NCBI GenBank assembly: GCA_023245195.1
Contig: JAHFKU010000001.1
Coordinates: 27,662-91,661 of the forward strand
Source: Candidatus Staskawiczbacteria bacterium
GTDB taxonomy: Bacteria; Patescibacteriota; Minisyncoccia; Minisyncoccales; Staskawiczbacteraceae
Direction: 5' to 3'
Length of the DNA stretch: 64,000 bases
Shown here piece by piece: positions 28,397 through 39,000 of this stretch (positions are counted from its first letter, which is position 1; every line of letters starts with the position of its first letter). The position numbers were made by a program, and so were the translations under genes. The notes under the pieces were generated by a model. The model had not been told where the DNA came from. It was given only the letters and a program-made list of their open reading frames with translations, and ran no database searches.

Positions 28397-29026
28397 ATGG
28401 ATAACAAGAAAATTGCAAAACATATTTTTTTTGGCCTCTTGATTATTATCGGTTGGATGGTAATGTATGGAGTATATTACCAGGCTCATAAAGGGGAAAT
28501 TGCGCAAAAAGCCAAATTAGCAGGATTGATGCAAGAGAGCCAGGTTTTGCCTGAAATTCAAAGACCCGTTAAATTTTCTGATTGCCAGATTCGGGGCGCC
28601 CTGCCAGACCCAGAATGCACTCCCGGAGATATCTTTAATAGTATTCCCTTAGAAACCATCTGCACTCATGGCTATACTAAAACGGTCAGAAATGTTTCCT
28701 TGGCCACCAAAAAGAAGGTGTATGCTATGTATGGCATCGCTTATCCGCCGAGCCGCGGGTCTTACGAAATGGACCACTTAATTCCATTGGCGCTGGGAGG
28801 AAATAATAACATTGCTAATTTATTTCCGGAAGCGGCCCAGCCAAAGCCCGGATTTAAAGAAAAAGATGTGGTTGAAATGTATTTATACCAAGAAGTGTGT
28901 GCCGGCCATATTAATCTTGGGTATGCGCAGGCAACCATAGCAAAAGACTGGCTGGCTGTTTATACCACGCTTGACCAAGCAACCATAACTGCGATAAAAA
29001 ATAAATATAAAAGTTGGGCAAATTAA
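28397..29026 (+). CDS. Membrane-anchored HNH-fold nuclease-like protein
   Basis: TM; TPG..C, YEMDHLIPLALGG.N.IANL.P, KD.VE. Confidence 0.7.
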   Translation: MDNKKIAKHIFFGLLIIIGWMVMYGVYYQAHKGEIAQKAKLAGLMQESQVLPEIQRPVKFSDCQIRGALPDPECTPGDIFNSIPLETICTHGYTKTVRNVSLATKKKVYAMYGIAYPPSRGSYEMDHLIPLALGGNNNIANLFPEAAQPKPGFKEKDVVEMYLYQEVCAGHINLGYAQATIAKDWLAVYTTLDQATITAIKNKYKSWAN

Positions 29027-29044
29027 ATTTTTAAGAAAAAAACT

Positions 29045-29494
29045 ATGGAAAATAAAAAAATATATTTGGTGGTGATTATTGTCATTATGGCCGTGGCGCT
29101 TTTGGGGGCTGTTTTTGTGCTGGTAAAAAATAAAAAAGCATTTACTCCGGTTTCTGTTGTTGAAGATACAGCTGATATCCAGGTTTTCAGTCCCAAAGAA
29201 AACGAGGCAATTTCTTCACCTCTTGATATTACGGGAGTCGTGCGCGGAAACGGCTGGGCGGGCTTTGAGGGCCAAGTGGGAACCGTTCATGTGTTGGATA
29301 ATAATGGCAAAGAATTAGCAGCCACCTTTTTGCCGGCCACCAGCGAATGGACAAAATTACCCGTTAATTTTAGGGCTCGCGTAGAATTTACGGCCGTTGC
29401 CGGCACGCCCGGGTTTTTAGTGTTTAAAAATGAGAATCCTAGCGGCGATCCCAAGAAAGAGAAAACCTTTGTCGTAGCGATCAAATTCAAATAA
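29045..29494 (+). CDS. Gmad2-like immunoglobulin-domain protein
   Basis: SPL.ITG..RG..W.FEG, NPSG. Confidence 0.75.
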   Translation: MENKKIYLVVIIVIMAVALLGAVFVLVKNKKAFTPVSVVEDTADIQVFSPKENEAISSPLDITGVVRGNGWAGFEGQVGTVHVLDNNGKELAATFLPATSEWTKLPVNFRARVEFTAVAGTPGFLVFKNENPSGDPKKEKTFVVAIKFK

Positions 29495-29519
29495 ATTACA
29501 GTTTTACAATAGTGTTATG

Positions 29520-29604
29520 GCTACGAAATACGAATGTCATACGAATATACGAATGCAAACGCTGTTGTTAATTCGTATATTCGTAACTATTCGTATTTCG
29601 TAGC
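29520..29604. repeat. TACGAAT-based inverted repeat
   Basis: gctacgaaatacgaat...attcgtatttcgtagc; relatives at about 55341-55396 and 58519-58553. Confidence 0.75.
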
Positions 29605-29610
29605 TAAATT

Positions 29611-30783
29611 ATGAACTTTCACATCTCAAGAAAATCTAAATTAAGCAATGCCAGAATTGGTTTTTTAGAAACAAGCCACGGAGTTATTGAAACTCCGTGT
29701 TTAGTTCCCGTTGCTACGCAAGCAGTGGTTAAAACGCTGACCAGCGAAGAAGTGGCAGAAACTAAATCCCAAATATTAATTTCCAATACATTTCATTTGC
29801 ATTTAAAGCCGGGCGAAAAAATTGTCCAAAAAGCCGGCGGTTTGCATGACTTTATGAATTGGAAAAAACCACTCATGACTGATTCGGGCGGTTTTCAGGT
29901 TTTTTCTTTGGGTTTTGGCCGGGATTTACATATTGGAAAAATGATTAAATCTGATGCTAAAGATGCAGGCCAGCAAGTAATTTTAGGATCCCGCCCAAAA
30001 CATATTAAGATCATGCAAGACGGGGTATATTTTAAATCTCCGATTGACGGGGCAGAATTATTTATCGGGCCGAAAGAATCAATTGCCATACAAGAAAAAT
30101 TGGGGGCCGATATTATTTTTGCTTTTGACGAGTGTACCCCGCCCTTGGCTGATTATGAATATACTAAAAATTCCTTATTAAAAACCCACGCCTGGGCGAA
30201 GATATGTTTGAAGGCAAAATCCAAGGTCGCCTCTGCTAAGGGCTTGGGCGGACCAAAGCAGGCATTGTATGGCATTGTGCAGGGAGGAAAATATAAAGAT
30301 TTAAGGATTGAAAGTGCCAAGTATATTGCTTCGCTGGACTTTGATGGCTTTGGCATTGGCGGCGAGTTTGGCGACAATAAAAAAATAATGTCAGAAATGT
30401 TGCATTGGGTTGTGGCTGAATTGCCGGAAAAAAAGCCGCGTCATTTGTTGGGGATCGGCCAGTTAGAAGATATGGAAAATATTATAAAAGCCGGAGTTGA
30501 TACGTTTGATTGCACCATACCAACGCATTATGCGCGCCGCGGCATCGCTTTTACTTCAGAGGGAAAACTAAATTTAAACCAAACCAAATTTTTAAAAAAG
30601 CGCGAACCGCTGGATAAAGGCTGCGTTTGCAACGTGTGCCTTAATTACAAAAAAGATTACATCTGCCATTTATTGAGAGCCAAAGAAATAACGGCATTAA
30701 AACTGATAACCTTCCATAATTTGTGCTATTTTAATAATTATGTAGAAGAGATCAGAGGAAAAATAAAAAAAGGTGAAATATAA
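29611..30783 (+). CDS. tgt: tRNA-guanine transglycosylase
   Basis: TDSGGFQVFSL, FDEC, GIVQGG, PRHLLG, DTFDC, CxCxxC..HN. Confidence 0.95.
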   Translation: MNFHISRKSKLSNARIGFLETSHGVIETPCLVPVATQAVVKTLTSEEVAETKSQILISNTFHLHLKPGEKIVQKAGGLHDFMNWKKPLMTDSGGFQVFSLGFGRDLHIGKMIKSDAKDAGQQVILGSRPKHIKIMQDGVYFKSPIDGAELFIGPKESIAIQEKLGADIIFAFDECTPPLADYEYTKNSLLKTHAWAKICLKAKSKVASAKGLGGPKQALYGIVQGGKYKDLRIESAKYIASLDFDGFGIGGEFGDNKKIMSEMLHWVVAELPEKKPRHLLGIGQLEDMENIIKAGVDTFDCTIPTHYARRGIAFTSEGKLNLNQTKFLKKREPLDKGCVCNVCLNYKKDYICHLLRAKEITALKLITFHNLCYFNNYVEEIRGKIKKGEI

Positions 30784-30807
30784 TTAACATTTTGTTATAA
30801 TTTATAT

Positions 30808-31446
30808 ATGAACACAAAAAAACACGAATTGCCAAATTTGCCATACGCATATAATGCATTGGAGCCTTATATTTCAGAAGAAATTATGATGTTGCATCAT
30901 GACAAGCATCATGCGGCCTATGTTAAAAATCTTAACGACGCTCTTGAAAAGCATCCTGAATTATTTTCAAAAAGTGCCGAAGAATTAGTTATGAATTTAA
31001 ATAATATTCCAGAAGATATTAAAATGGCAGTAAGAAATAATGGGGGAGGGCATGTGAATCATTCTATGTTTTGGGAAAGCATGATGCCGGCCGTCTCCGC
31101 TAAGGCTTCGGCGGCTGAAAGAGGAGAGCCAAGTGGAAAATTAGCCGAAGAAATTAAAAAAACATTTGGCAGTTTTGCTGATTTTCAAACCAAATTTAAC
31201 GATACGGGTGCTAAGCGTTTTGGCAGTGGCTGGGTGTGGTTGGTAAAAAATAAAGAAGGAGCATTGGAAATTATGTCTACCGCAAATCAAGATAATCCTA
31301 TGACGGATGGCCATATGCCTATTTTGGGAAATGATGTCTGGGAACACGCCTATTATCTGCAATATAAAAATGTGAGGGCGGATTATTTGAAGGCCTGGTG
31401 GAATGTGGTAAATTGGCAGGAGGTAGAGCGTAGATTTAATTTTTAA
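30808..31446 (+). CDS. sodA: Superoxide dismutase (Mn/Fe, Mn-like GGGH)
   Basis: [30 protein letters not shown]. Confidence 0.93.
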   Translation: MNTKKHELPNLPYAYNALEPYISEEIMMLHHDKHHAAYVKNLNDALEKHPELFSKSAEELVMNLNNIPEDIKMAVRNNGGGHVNHSMFWESMMPAVSAKASAAERGEPSGKLAEEIKKTFGSFADFQTKFNDTGAKRFGSGWVWLVKNKEGALEIMSTANQDNPMTDGHMPILGNDVWEHAYYLQYKNVRADYLKAWWNVVNWQEVERRFNF

Positions 31447-31590
31447 ATCTGAATCTAGTATCTTGTATCTTGAAGCTAGAATACCTGCCTGCCGGTAGGC
31501 AGGGAATACAGAATAATGAATACATAAGTGATTCCAAATTCATTTATTCCATTCAAGATGCTAGATACTAAATTCCAGATTCTAGTCAAC

Positions 31591-32253
31591 ATGGTAACCT
31601 TGGACGACGTTAAAAATAATCCCCAGATATTAGAATTTATCAACCAAACCGAAGAGGCTATGGAAGCTTTGTCTTATACTAATCACGGGCTTCGCCATTC
31701 CAATATTGTAGCACAAAGGGCTATGGAAATTGCCAAGAATATCGGATTAAATAATCGGGAAGCGGAATTGGCGGCCATGGCCGGATTTTGCCACGATATG
31801 GGCAACTTTTTAACCCGCACCTTTCATCACTTTTTTGGCGCCCAGCTTTTTGGCCAAGTGTTTATGGGAAAGTTTGACCCTAAGGAACTGGCTATGATTA
31901 TGCAGGCTATTTCAAACCATGATAAAGATGAAATGAATTTTGTGCATGCGGTATCAGCAGTGTTAGTGTTGGCGGATAAATCTGATGTTGATCGATCTCG
32001 CGTGGCCAAACAAAGCCTAGAAGAAACCAAAGCCGATATTCATGATCGGGTAAATTATGCTACCACTGAAAGTGATATAAAAGTAGAAAAAGGGAAAAAA
32101 CGAATTACCCTGAAGTTAAAAATCGATACCAAATTTTGCCCGGTTATGGAATACTTTGAAATTTTTACCGAAAGAATGGTCTTTTGCCGAAAGGCGGCGC
32201 AGTTTTTGGGATATGATTTTGGGTTGGTTATTAATGATTTTGAATTACTTTAG
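31591..32253 (+). CDS. HD-domain phosphohydrolase
   Basis: NHGLRH, CHDMGN, NHD, ADKSD; start moved to ATG 31591. Confidence 0.88.
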   Translation: MVTLDDVKNNPQILEFINQTEEAMEALSYTNHGLRHSNIVAQRAMEIAKNIGLNNREAELAAMAGFCHDMGNFLTRTFHHFFGAQLFGQVFMGKFDPKELAMIMQAISNHDKDEMNFVHAVSAVLVLADKSDVDRSRVAKQSLEETKADIHDRVNYATTESDIKVEKGKKRITLKLKIDTKFCPVMEYFEIFTERMVFCRKAAQFLGYDFGLVINDFELL

Positions 32254-32367
32254 GAGTAATCACGAATATACAAATTTCCACAAATATACGAATTTTACAA
32301 ATATACAAATATGTCTACTCTCATTACAAAGAGAGCGCAGTAATCTATTGAGCTAATTTTAAAATTT

Positions 32368-33150
32368 ATGGCAGAAAATTTACCATCACAAGAACAACCA
32401 GAAGAAATTTCACTGGAGGAAGATGAGAAAAGAAGACTTGAACAAGAATGGCTTAATTTTTCAGAAGCTAATAAAATGTTGCGGTTTTTGGAAAATCAAG
32501 AAATCGTTGTAAGTGATCGCCAAGCTCGCCTTCTTGCCATAAGTTGTTGTAACCGTCTTAATGATTTGCTGGATGATCGTAGCAAGAAAGCCTTGGAGGT
32601 TGCAGAACTTTATGCAGATGGTAATGCAAATATTGAAGATTTAAATGAAGCGCGCAGGATTGCTAGAGAGGTCTTATCCAATCTCCCTTTTGACGAAAAT
32701 GGTAGTATTGATTTGGGGTCAATCGAGTTAACAGCAACCCAACAAGCCTTGGAAGCTATCAATTGTAGTTTAGACGCCTCAGCACGTCTTTTTTTAGGAT
32801 CGGCTATAATTAGATCTAATACAGCTTTTGCTTATGCTTACGATAAAAATCAATCTAAGGATAAAGCAAATTCATATTCTGTAAATTTATTGCGCGACAT
32901 TGTAGGCAACCCCTTTGCCAAAGAACCAATCGTATTTGATGAAAATTGGCGTACGTCAGATGTTCTTGCAATCGCCAAAGGCATTTATGAAGAAAAAGCT
33001 TTTGAGCGAATGCCCATTTTAGCTGATGCTCTCCAAGATGCTGGATGTGATAACGAGGAAATTCTCAATCATTGTCGTAAAGATTTAAATACTTCAGAAT
33101 GTTCGCATGTCAGAGGTTGCTGGGTTATAGACCTAATACTTGGTAAATAA
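32368..33150 (+). CDS. Hypothetical protein with PILADALQDAGC..HVRGCWVIDL C-terminus
   Basis: Motif recalled from an expanded planctomycete (Gemmataceae) family; not searched. Confidence 0.65.
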   Translation: MAENLPSQEQPEEISLEEDEKRRLEQEWLNFSEANKMLRFLENQEIVVSDRQARLLAISCCNRLNDLLDDRSKKALEVAELYADGNANIEDLNEARRIAREVLSNLPFDENGSIDLGSIELTATQQALEAINCSLDASARLFLGSAIIRSNTAFAYAYDKNQSKDKANSYSVNLLRDIVGNPFAKEPIVFDENWRTSDVLAIAKGIYEEKAFERMPILADALQDAGCDNEEILNHCRKDLNTSECSHVRGCWVIDLILGK

Positions 33151-33293
33151 TTTACTGCAAATTAAATCTTTTGGCTATAAATTTCCAAAAGCTCCGCGGC
33201 TTATCGACCTTGCTGATAAGCCTTGTCGCTTTTTGAAATTTCTATCTCAAGATCTTTAATTTTCGTAACAATTATTTACCAATTATTAGGTCT
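33129..33293. repeat. ~165 nt palindromic element, family 2 copy 1
   Basis: agacctaata..tggtaaataa / ttatttacca..tattaggtct; core shared with 40434-40600. Confidence 0.85.
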
Positions 33294-33353
33294 TAGATCT
33301 AATTCTAGGAAAAAACTAATTCCAGCTCCAGAATACAAGATACAGAATACATT

Positions 33354-33821
33354 ATGGAAAAGAAAAAGTTATTTTATATAATCGTTGATAATATAAGAAG
33401 CTTGGAAAATATCGGATCAATTTTTAGGACAGCAGATGCCTTGGGAGTTGCGAAAATATTTTTATGCGGGATTTCGGGCGTGCCACCAAACCATAAAATT
33501 GCCAAAACTGCGCTTGGCGCCGAAACAACGATTCCTTTTGAATATCACAAGCAAACATGGCGGTTGATAGAAAAATTACAGGCTCAAGGAATACAGATTG
33601 TTGCTTTAGAACAAGACAAAAAAGCCGTTTTATATACAAAATTCAAGCCTAAATTTCCCTTGGCGTTAATTGTTGGCAACGAAGTAAAGGGAATTTCTAA
33701 AAAAACGTTATCTCTCGCAGATAGGATTATTTATTTGCCAATGAAGGGCAAAAAAGAGTCGTTGAATGTATCGGTGGCGTTTGGGGTAGCGGGATACCAG
33801 ATAAGAAAATTTGAAATTTGA
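33354..33821 (+). CDS. SpoU/TrmH-family RNA methyltransferase
   Basis: NIGSIFRTADA, GNEVKG, LPM.G..ESLNVSVA. Confidence 0.92.
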   Translation: MEKKKLFYIIVDNIRSLENIGSIFRTADALGVAKIFLCGISGVPPNHKIAKTALGAETTIPFEYHKQTWRLIEKLQAQGIQIVALEQDKKAVLYTKFKPKFPLALIVGNEVKGISKKTLSLADRIIYLPMKGKKESLNVSVAFGVAGYQIRKFEI

Positions 33822-33968
33822 AATTTACAATTTGAAATCAAGCCGCGCACCACGGTGCGCGGCCGAATGTTAAAATGTGTAAATTTTAAAACCCGACGTC
33901 GTGTTTCAATCATTTCAAATTAAATCATTTCAAATTGATTTCAAATTTCAAATTGTAAATTTCAAATT
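33808..33968. repeat. TTGAAAT inverted-repeat element with internal GC hairpin
   Basis: Closely matches the reverse complement of 35174-35341. Confidence 0.85.
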
Positions 33969-33974
33969 AAAACT

Positions 33975-34226
33975 ATGCTTGATCCACAAACCATAAAATT
34001 TATAGAACTGCTATCTAATCCCTCATACGCTTTATTATTTTTGGCGTTGGCGGTTTGGGGACTGGCTTGGAAGGGAATTGCGCTATGGCGAGCTTCGCGT
34101 AACAACCAAAGAAATTGGTTTATTGTAATGTTGATTTGCAACACGTTTGGCATTTTAGAAATTATCTATATTTTTTACTTTTCTCATCCAAAACAAGCAA
34201 AAAAGGAACAAAACATTGACACATGA
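33975..34226 (+). CDS. DUF5652-like small membrane protein
   Basis: W...WKG.ALWRA..N.Q..WF....NT.GILEIIYI. Confidence 0.8.
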   Translation: MLDPQTIKFIELLSNPSYALLFLALAVWGLAWKGIALWRASRNNQRNWFIVMLICNTFGILEIIYIFYFSHPKQAKKEQNIDT

Positions 34227-34255
34227 TTGACCTCGAGACTATTATAAGCTAAAAT
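34227..34255 (+). promoter_or_regulatory. sigma70 promoter upstream of element C and SWIB gene
   Basis: TTGACC-17-TAAAAT. Confidence 0.6.
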
Positions 34256-34273
34256 GAGCTTAAAGTTATTGTA

Positions 34274-34448
34274 ACCTTGAATCACGAAATGCCCTTTGGA
34301 AAGCAAGTTTCGGGTCTTTTCTCCAAATCTGGGCTGGAAATTCGCTATAATTTCTATGCGTAGCCTTTGGCTACGCCTATAAATTCTATCACATTTCCAT
34401 CTTCCAGATTTGGGGAAAATCCCGCGAAAGCATTTCGTGATTCAAGGT
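34274..34448. repeat. Family 1 palindromic element copy C
   Basis: accttgaatcacgaaatgc...gcatttcgtgattcaaggt. Confidence 0.88.
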
Positions 34449-34575
34449 GGTAATTAAATAACAAGGTCGATTTTTTAAAGTTATAAACGTTATAGACGTT
34501 ATATCACTTCGCTCGTTTTAAACGATTAAAACGAAATTGCAAAGTAATTGATATGACGATTAGAACAACTAAACT

Positions 34576-34833
34576 ATGCCAGGAAAATCAAATTCGGCTT
34601 TCATGAAGCCAATGAAACTTACTGCTGAATTAGAAGCAGTGGTTGGAAAGGGGCCTATGCCAAGAAGCCAAGTGGTAAAAAAATTGTGGGAATACATCAA
34701 GAAAAATAATTTGCAAGATGCTACCAATAAAAGAAATATTAATGCCGACGCAGCATTAAAAGCGGTCTTTGGCGGAAAGGGAATGGTAAATATGTTTGAG
34801 ATGACAAAATTAGTTTCAAAGCATCTCTCGTAA
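34576..34833 (+). CDS. Stand-alone SWIB/MDM2 domain protein
   Basis: RSQVVKKLWEYIKKNNLQD..NKRNINAD..LK.VFG..MFEM.K..SKHL. Confidence 0.92.
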   Translation: MPGKSNSAFMKPMKLTAELEAVVGKGPMPRSQVVKKLWEYIKKNNLQDATNKRNINADAALKAVFGGKGMVNMFEMTKLVSKHLS

Positions 34834-34944
34834 ATAATACGAATTCACACGAATTGCAAGGCGAATGAACACGAATCACAAATTCGTGCTTTCGTGAAAA
34901 TTCGTGGCGCAACAGCGCCTGATTCGTGTTTATTCGTCACAAAT

Positions 34945-35109
34945 ATGACAACAGCTTATTGCGTAAAATGCAAAGAAAAGGATGTAGAAATGAAAGATGC
35001 CAAAGAAGTCCCATTTAAAAGAAAAGGTGGAAAGATGGGCAAGGCCATGACCGGCATCCATGAAAAATGCGGAACCAAGATGTTTAGGATTATGGGAGCA
35101 GCGAAATAG
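34945..35109 (+). CDS. DUF5679-like small zinc-ribbon protein
   Basis: AYCVKCK..EMK....CGTKMFRI. Confidence 0.8.
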   Translation: MTTAYCVKCKEKDVEMKDAKEVPFKRKGGKMGKAMTGIHEKCGTKMFRIMGAAK

Positions 35110-35118
35110 TCCATTTTC

Positions 35119-35150
35119 AAAACGCCGAGCCTGTAAGGGCTCGGCGTTTT
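35119..35150 (+). terminator. Intrinsic terminator
   Basis: aaaacgccgagcc tgtaag ggctcggcgtttt. Confidence 0.8.
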
Positions 35151-35173
35151 GCAAAACTAATAACTAAAAATAT

Positions 35174-35341
35174 AATTTGAAATTTACAATTTGAAATTTG
35201 AAATCAATTTGAAAAAAACGTGAATTTGAAATAATTAAAACATGACGTCGTGTTTTCAAATTTAAACATTGAAACATTCGGCCACGCGCCCCGCGGGGCG
35301 CGTGGCTTAATTTCAAATTGTAAATTTCAAATTTCAAATTC
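35174..35341. repeat. TTGAAAT inverted-repeat element, second copy (opposite orientation)
   Basis: See 33808-33968; GC hairpin gccacgcgcccc/ggggcgcgtggc. Confidence 0.85.
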
Positions 35342-35346
35342 AAAAT

Positions 35347-35856
35347 ATGTCAGATAAATTACAGCGAACTTTAGTGCTTTTAAAGCCCGATGCCCTGCAT
35401 CGGGGGATTGTGGGCGAAGTCATGCACCGATTTGAAAGGGTGGGAGCTAAAATGGCGGGTCTTAAAATGCTGGTTTCCGATAAAGACGCGGCTGGCAGGC
35501 ACTACACCGACGATCTTGCCAAAAGGAGGGGGGAAAAAGTAAGAAATATGATGATACAAATGATAACTTCGGGGCCCATTATTGCTATTGTCTATGAAGG
35601 GGTTGAGATTGTTGAAATTGTTAGAAAACTGGTTGGCGCTACCGAACCAAAGGCTTCAGCTCCGGGAACGATCCGCGGAGATTTTTCCCATGTTTCTTTT
35701 GGGTATGCCGATGCCAAAGAAATGCCGATTATGAATTTAATTCACGCTTCCGCTTCGCCAGAAGAAGCCCAATCGGAAATAGCGGTTTGGTTCAAGCCTG
35801 AAGAATTGGTAAGCCATAAGCCAAGTTATACTAAATACACGCTTGGCGAAGAATAG
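35347..35856 (+). CDS. ndk: Nucleoside diphosphate kinase
   Basis: RTLVLLKPDA, GATEP..APGTIRGDF, NLIHAS. Confidence 0.95.
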   Translation: MSDKLQRTLVLLKPDALHRGIVGEVMHRFERVGAKMAGLKMLVSDKDAAGRHYTDDLAKRRGEKVRNMMIQMITSGPIIAIVYEGVEIVEIVRKLVGATEPKASAPGTIRGDFSHVSFGYADAKEMPIMNLIHASASPEEAQSEIAVWFKPEELVSHKPSYTKYTLGEE

Positions 35857-36008
35857 AAAGAAAATATTACAAAAACGTACCTCGTACCGTTTTTTGTGTT
35901 AATTTATTCACAACTTCTTGTTTTTTAGCAATTAAAAATATGCTAAAATAAAGAAATGCCGTGAAAGCATTTCGTGATTCAAAGAGTGTATCATTTTTAA
36001 TTTACCAC

Positions 36009-39000
36009 ATGGCTTTTAAAAAAATTTCAACGTCAGTTATTTTTGCCGGAATATTTACTTGCACGGTGGTGTTTTTTTATTTGCCCGCAACGCCATTAAA
36101 AATCCAAGAAGCCAGAGCTTATGCCTGCTATGACGATGGAACCAATGACAGTAATTTTAACTGGACCGACACCAGTATTTGGGCTGGCTGCAATGGCAGT
36201 TATCCCGGCTCTCCCGCAAATGGAAATAGCGATACGGTAACTATTGGTAATACTAATCAAAGTGGTAACACATTTACGCTTAATACGAGTTCCATTACCA
36301 TAGCTAGTTTAATTATAGGTCCTATCAGCCACGGCGGTACACTAAAATTAAACGGAAATACACTTAATGTAAACGGTGCTGTAACCATAAAAACTGCTGC
36401 CAACTGCAGCTTCGCAAGTGATTTGCAGGTTGGAACAGGAACTTTAAATGCGACAGGTCTTATTACCATCGAAAATACTGCTGCCGATTCTAGTAATTGC
36501 GATGCAGATCTTGACGCAAGTACCGGAACCATTACCGCCAGCGGTGGCATTACCTTTTTATTTACCGCCGGAGCCAGTGCAGACTTAAGGCTCACCACCA
36601 CCGGAGCCACTACGATTAACCTTACCGGAGCTGTAACGGGCGCAGGGGATTTGTCTATTAATTCTGCGACCACGTTAGTTTCAACCGGTACCAGTAGTCT
36701 TGGACAAACTGCAACTTGGGGTAAATTATCTATCCCGAGTGGAACACTTACGATGGGGGCATTTGCTATATCGTTTGCTGGCACTACCAGTCTTACCGGC
36801 GGCACGCTCGCTGTCTCCAGCGCCACTGGAACCAAAACCTTCACCGGCGCCGTCACCTGCACCACCGGTAGTTTTGATTTGTCAGGGTTTGCTACCGTCA
36901 CCAGCTTTGCTGCCGGTATCACCGCCAACTGTACTACGTTTAATACGGGTACGGGCACTGCTGCTTTTTCAGCCGACCAATCTCTTGCTGGTTCGACCAA
37001 TATCACTTTCGGTGGTACTGTCACCCCCGCTTCAACTAAAACGATTACTAACAATAACACTGGAACGGTCACCGTTTCAGGAGCATTGACTCTGACGGGA
37101 AACTGGACGCAGGGCGCCAACTCAACCTTGAGCCTGGGCGCAACTCCGACGGGATCAGGCACTTTTGATACGAGTACGAATACGCCAAACACGGTAAAAT
37201 ATACCGCCACATCAACGCTGAAAGCTCCCAGTAGTTCTTACTACAATTTAACGATTACGGGAGGAACGGTAACAACGATAGCGGTAACGGTAACCAATAA
37301 TCTCGTAGTGAGCGGAGGCACTCTTTCTGGCACTTCTAATATTACCGTCAATGGCGGGGGAGTCACCGGTGATGGCACGATCACCATGAGCGCCCCCAGT
37401 GTCTTTTTAGTAGACGGCACTGGTAACTTCGGTGGTGCTACCGGCTGGACATTTTATGATTTAACCTTTGGAGATGGCAGTGGAGCTACGACAACCACGG
37501 CTACCGGAGCAGGAAGTATTACCGTCACCAACACTCAAACGGTTGCCGCTAATCAAACATTAAATGCTGGAAGTAAAACGTGGAATTTAACCGGTGTAGC
37601 AGTGAGCACTTCTTCTACCTATGTTCAAGGATGCGTCAATACTAATGCTAGTAATTCAGTCACTTGTACGATGAGTTCAAATATAACTGCGGGAAATTTA
37701 TTGGTGGTAAGCGGTTCAACTGCCGCAAATTTAACGGCTACTTTTTCCAGTTCTTCTGGAGTCAGTTGCACCTGGAATACGATTACCAGTGGCATAGCTA
37801 ATAGCGGTGTTCCTTTCAACTACGCTTTGGCTTATTGTCTTGTTCCTTCAACCGGAGCCGAAACAATCCAAATAAGTTGGAGCGGTAGCAGTTCTTTTAG
37901 CGATATTACGATTGCTGAATATAGTAATACGAGCGGCGGGTTTGCTCCCGGATTTGATAAATCGAGCAATGCGGTTGTTACGGGAGACTCCACTACCTGC
38001 AGTACCGGAACGACAGCTACGTTATCGCAGGCCAATGAATTGGTTATTGCCCTTTGCCATGGCTGGAACGGTAATGCTACCATTGGGACCGTATCGGGAT
38101 ATACCAAAAGAACCACTTCTGAAAGATCTAGTAACAATAATGGCTGGTATGACAAAGATGTAACCAGTACGACTGGTGTTTCGTGGTCCGCAACGATTGG
38201 GAGCGATAAAAGCATCGGCTTGATAGCTACGTTTATGAAATCCGGAATTACTGGAAGCCAATCATTAACCGTTAACGGCACTTTCACGGCCAGTACCTCA
38301 ACGTTCGCTTTTCAAAATGATATGGCTTTAACCATTCCCGCATTAACGTATTATAATTTAACCCTCTCTCCCACCATCACCGCCGCCCGCACCTACACCT
38401 TCGCCGGAGTCACCACCGTCAGCAACAACTTTGATATCAACCCCACTGCTTCTTCTGCCTTGGCTCTTACTACTAACCTTGGCGGAACGCTCACCGTCAC
38501 CGGTTCCACCACCATTGAGCGTACCACCTCTGCCACTTCCACCCTCGACACCCTTTCAGCTAGTAACTACGCTCTTTCATCAGGCTCTATTACGATTTCC
38601 ACCGGAGGAACCTTCACTTCCAATAATTCCGTTATCACCCTCACCGGCACCTCCGGCACGTTGTTTACCAAAACCGGAACTCTCACCGCCGTTGGCACCA
38701 CTTCTGAATGGGATGTCACTTCTGCAAGCGGAAGCCCCACCTTATTATCCGCCTCTACAACCCTCCACATCCTCAAGATCAACGCCGCCGCCACCGTCAT
38801 TAACCTCGGAGCGGCTTTCACCACCGACAATAATTCAGGCAACAAACTCTATGTAGCTTCCGGCGTCTTAAACCAGGAAAACCGCACCATCACCGCCGGA
38901 ACCAGCGGCACCTTGCAACTTGATTCCGGAGGCACCCTCTGCTTAGGGGGAACCACTTCTGCCACCACCGCCACCTGTGACTCGGGAGCCACCCAAACCA

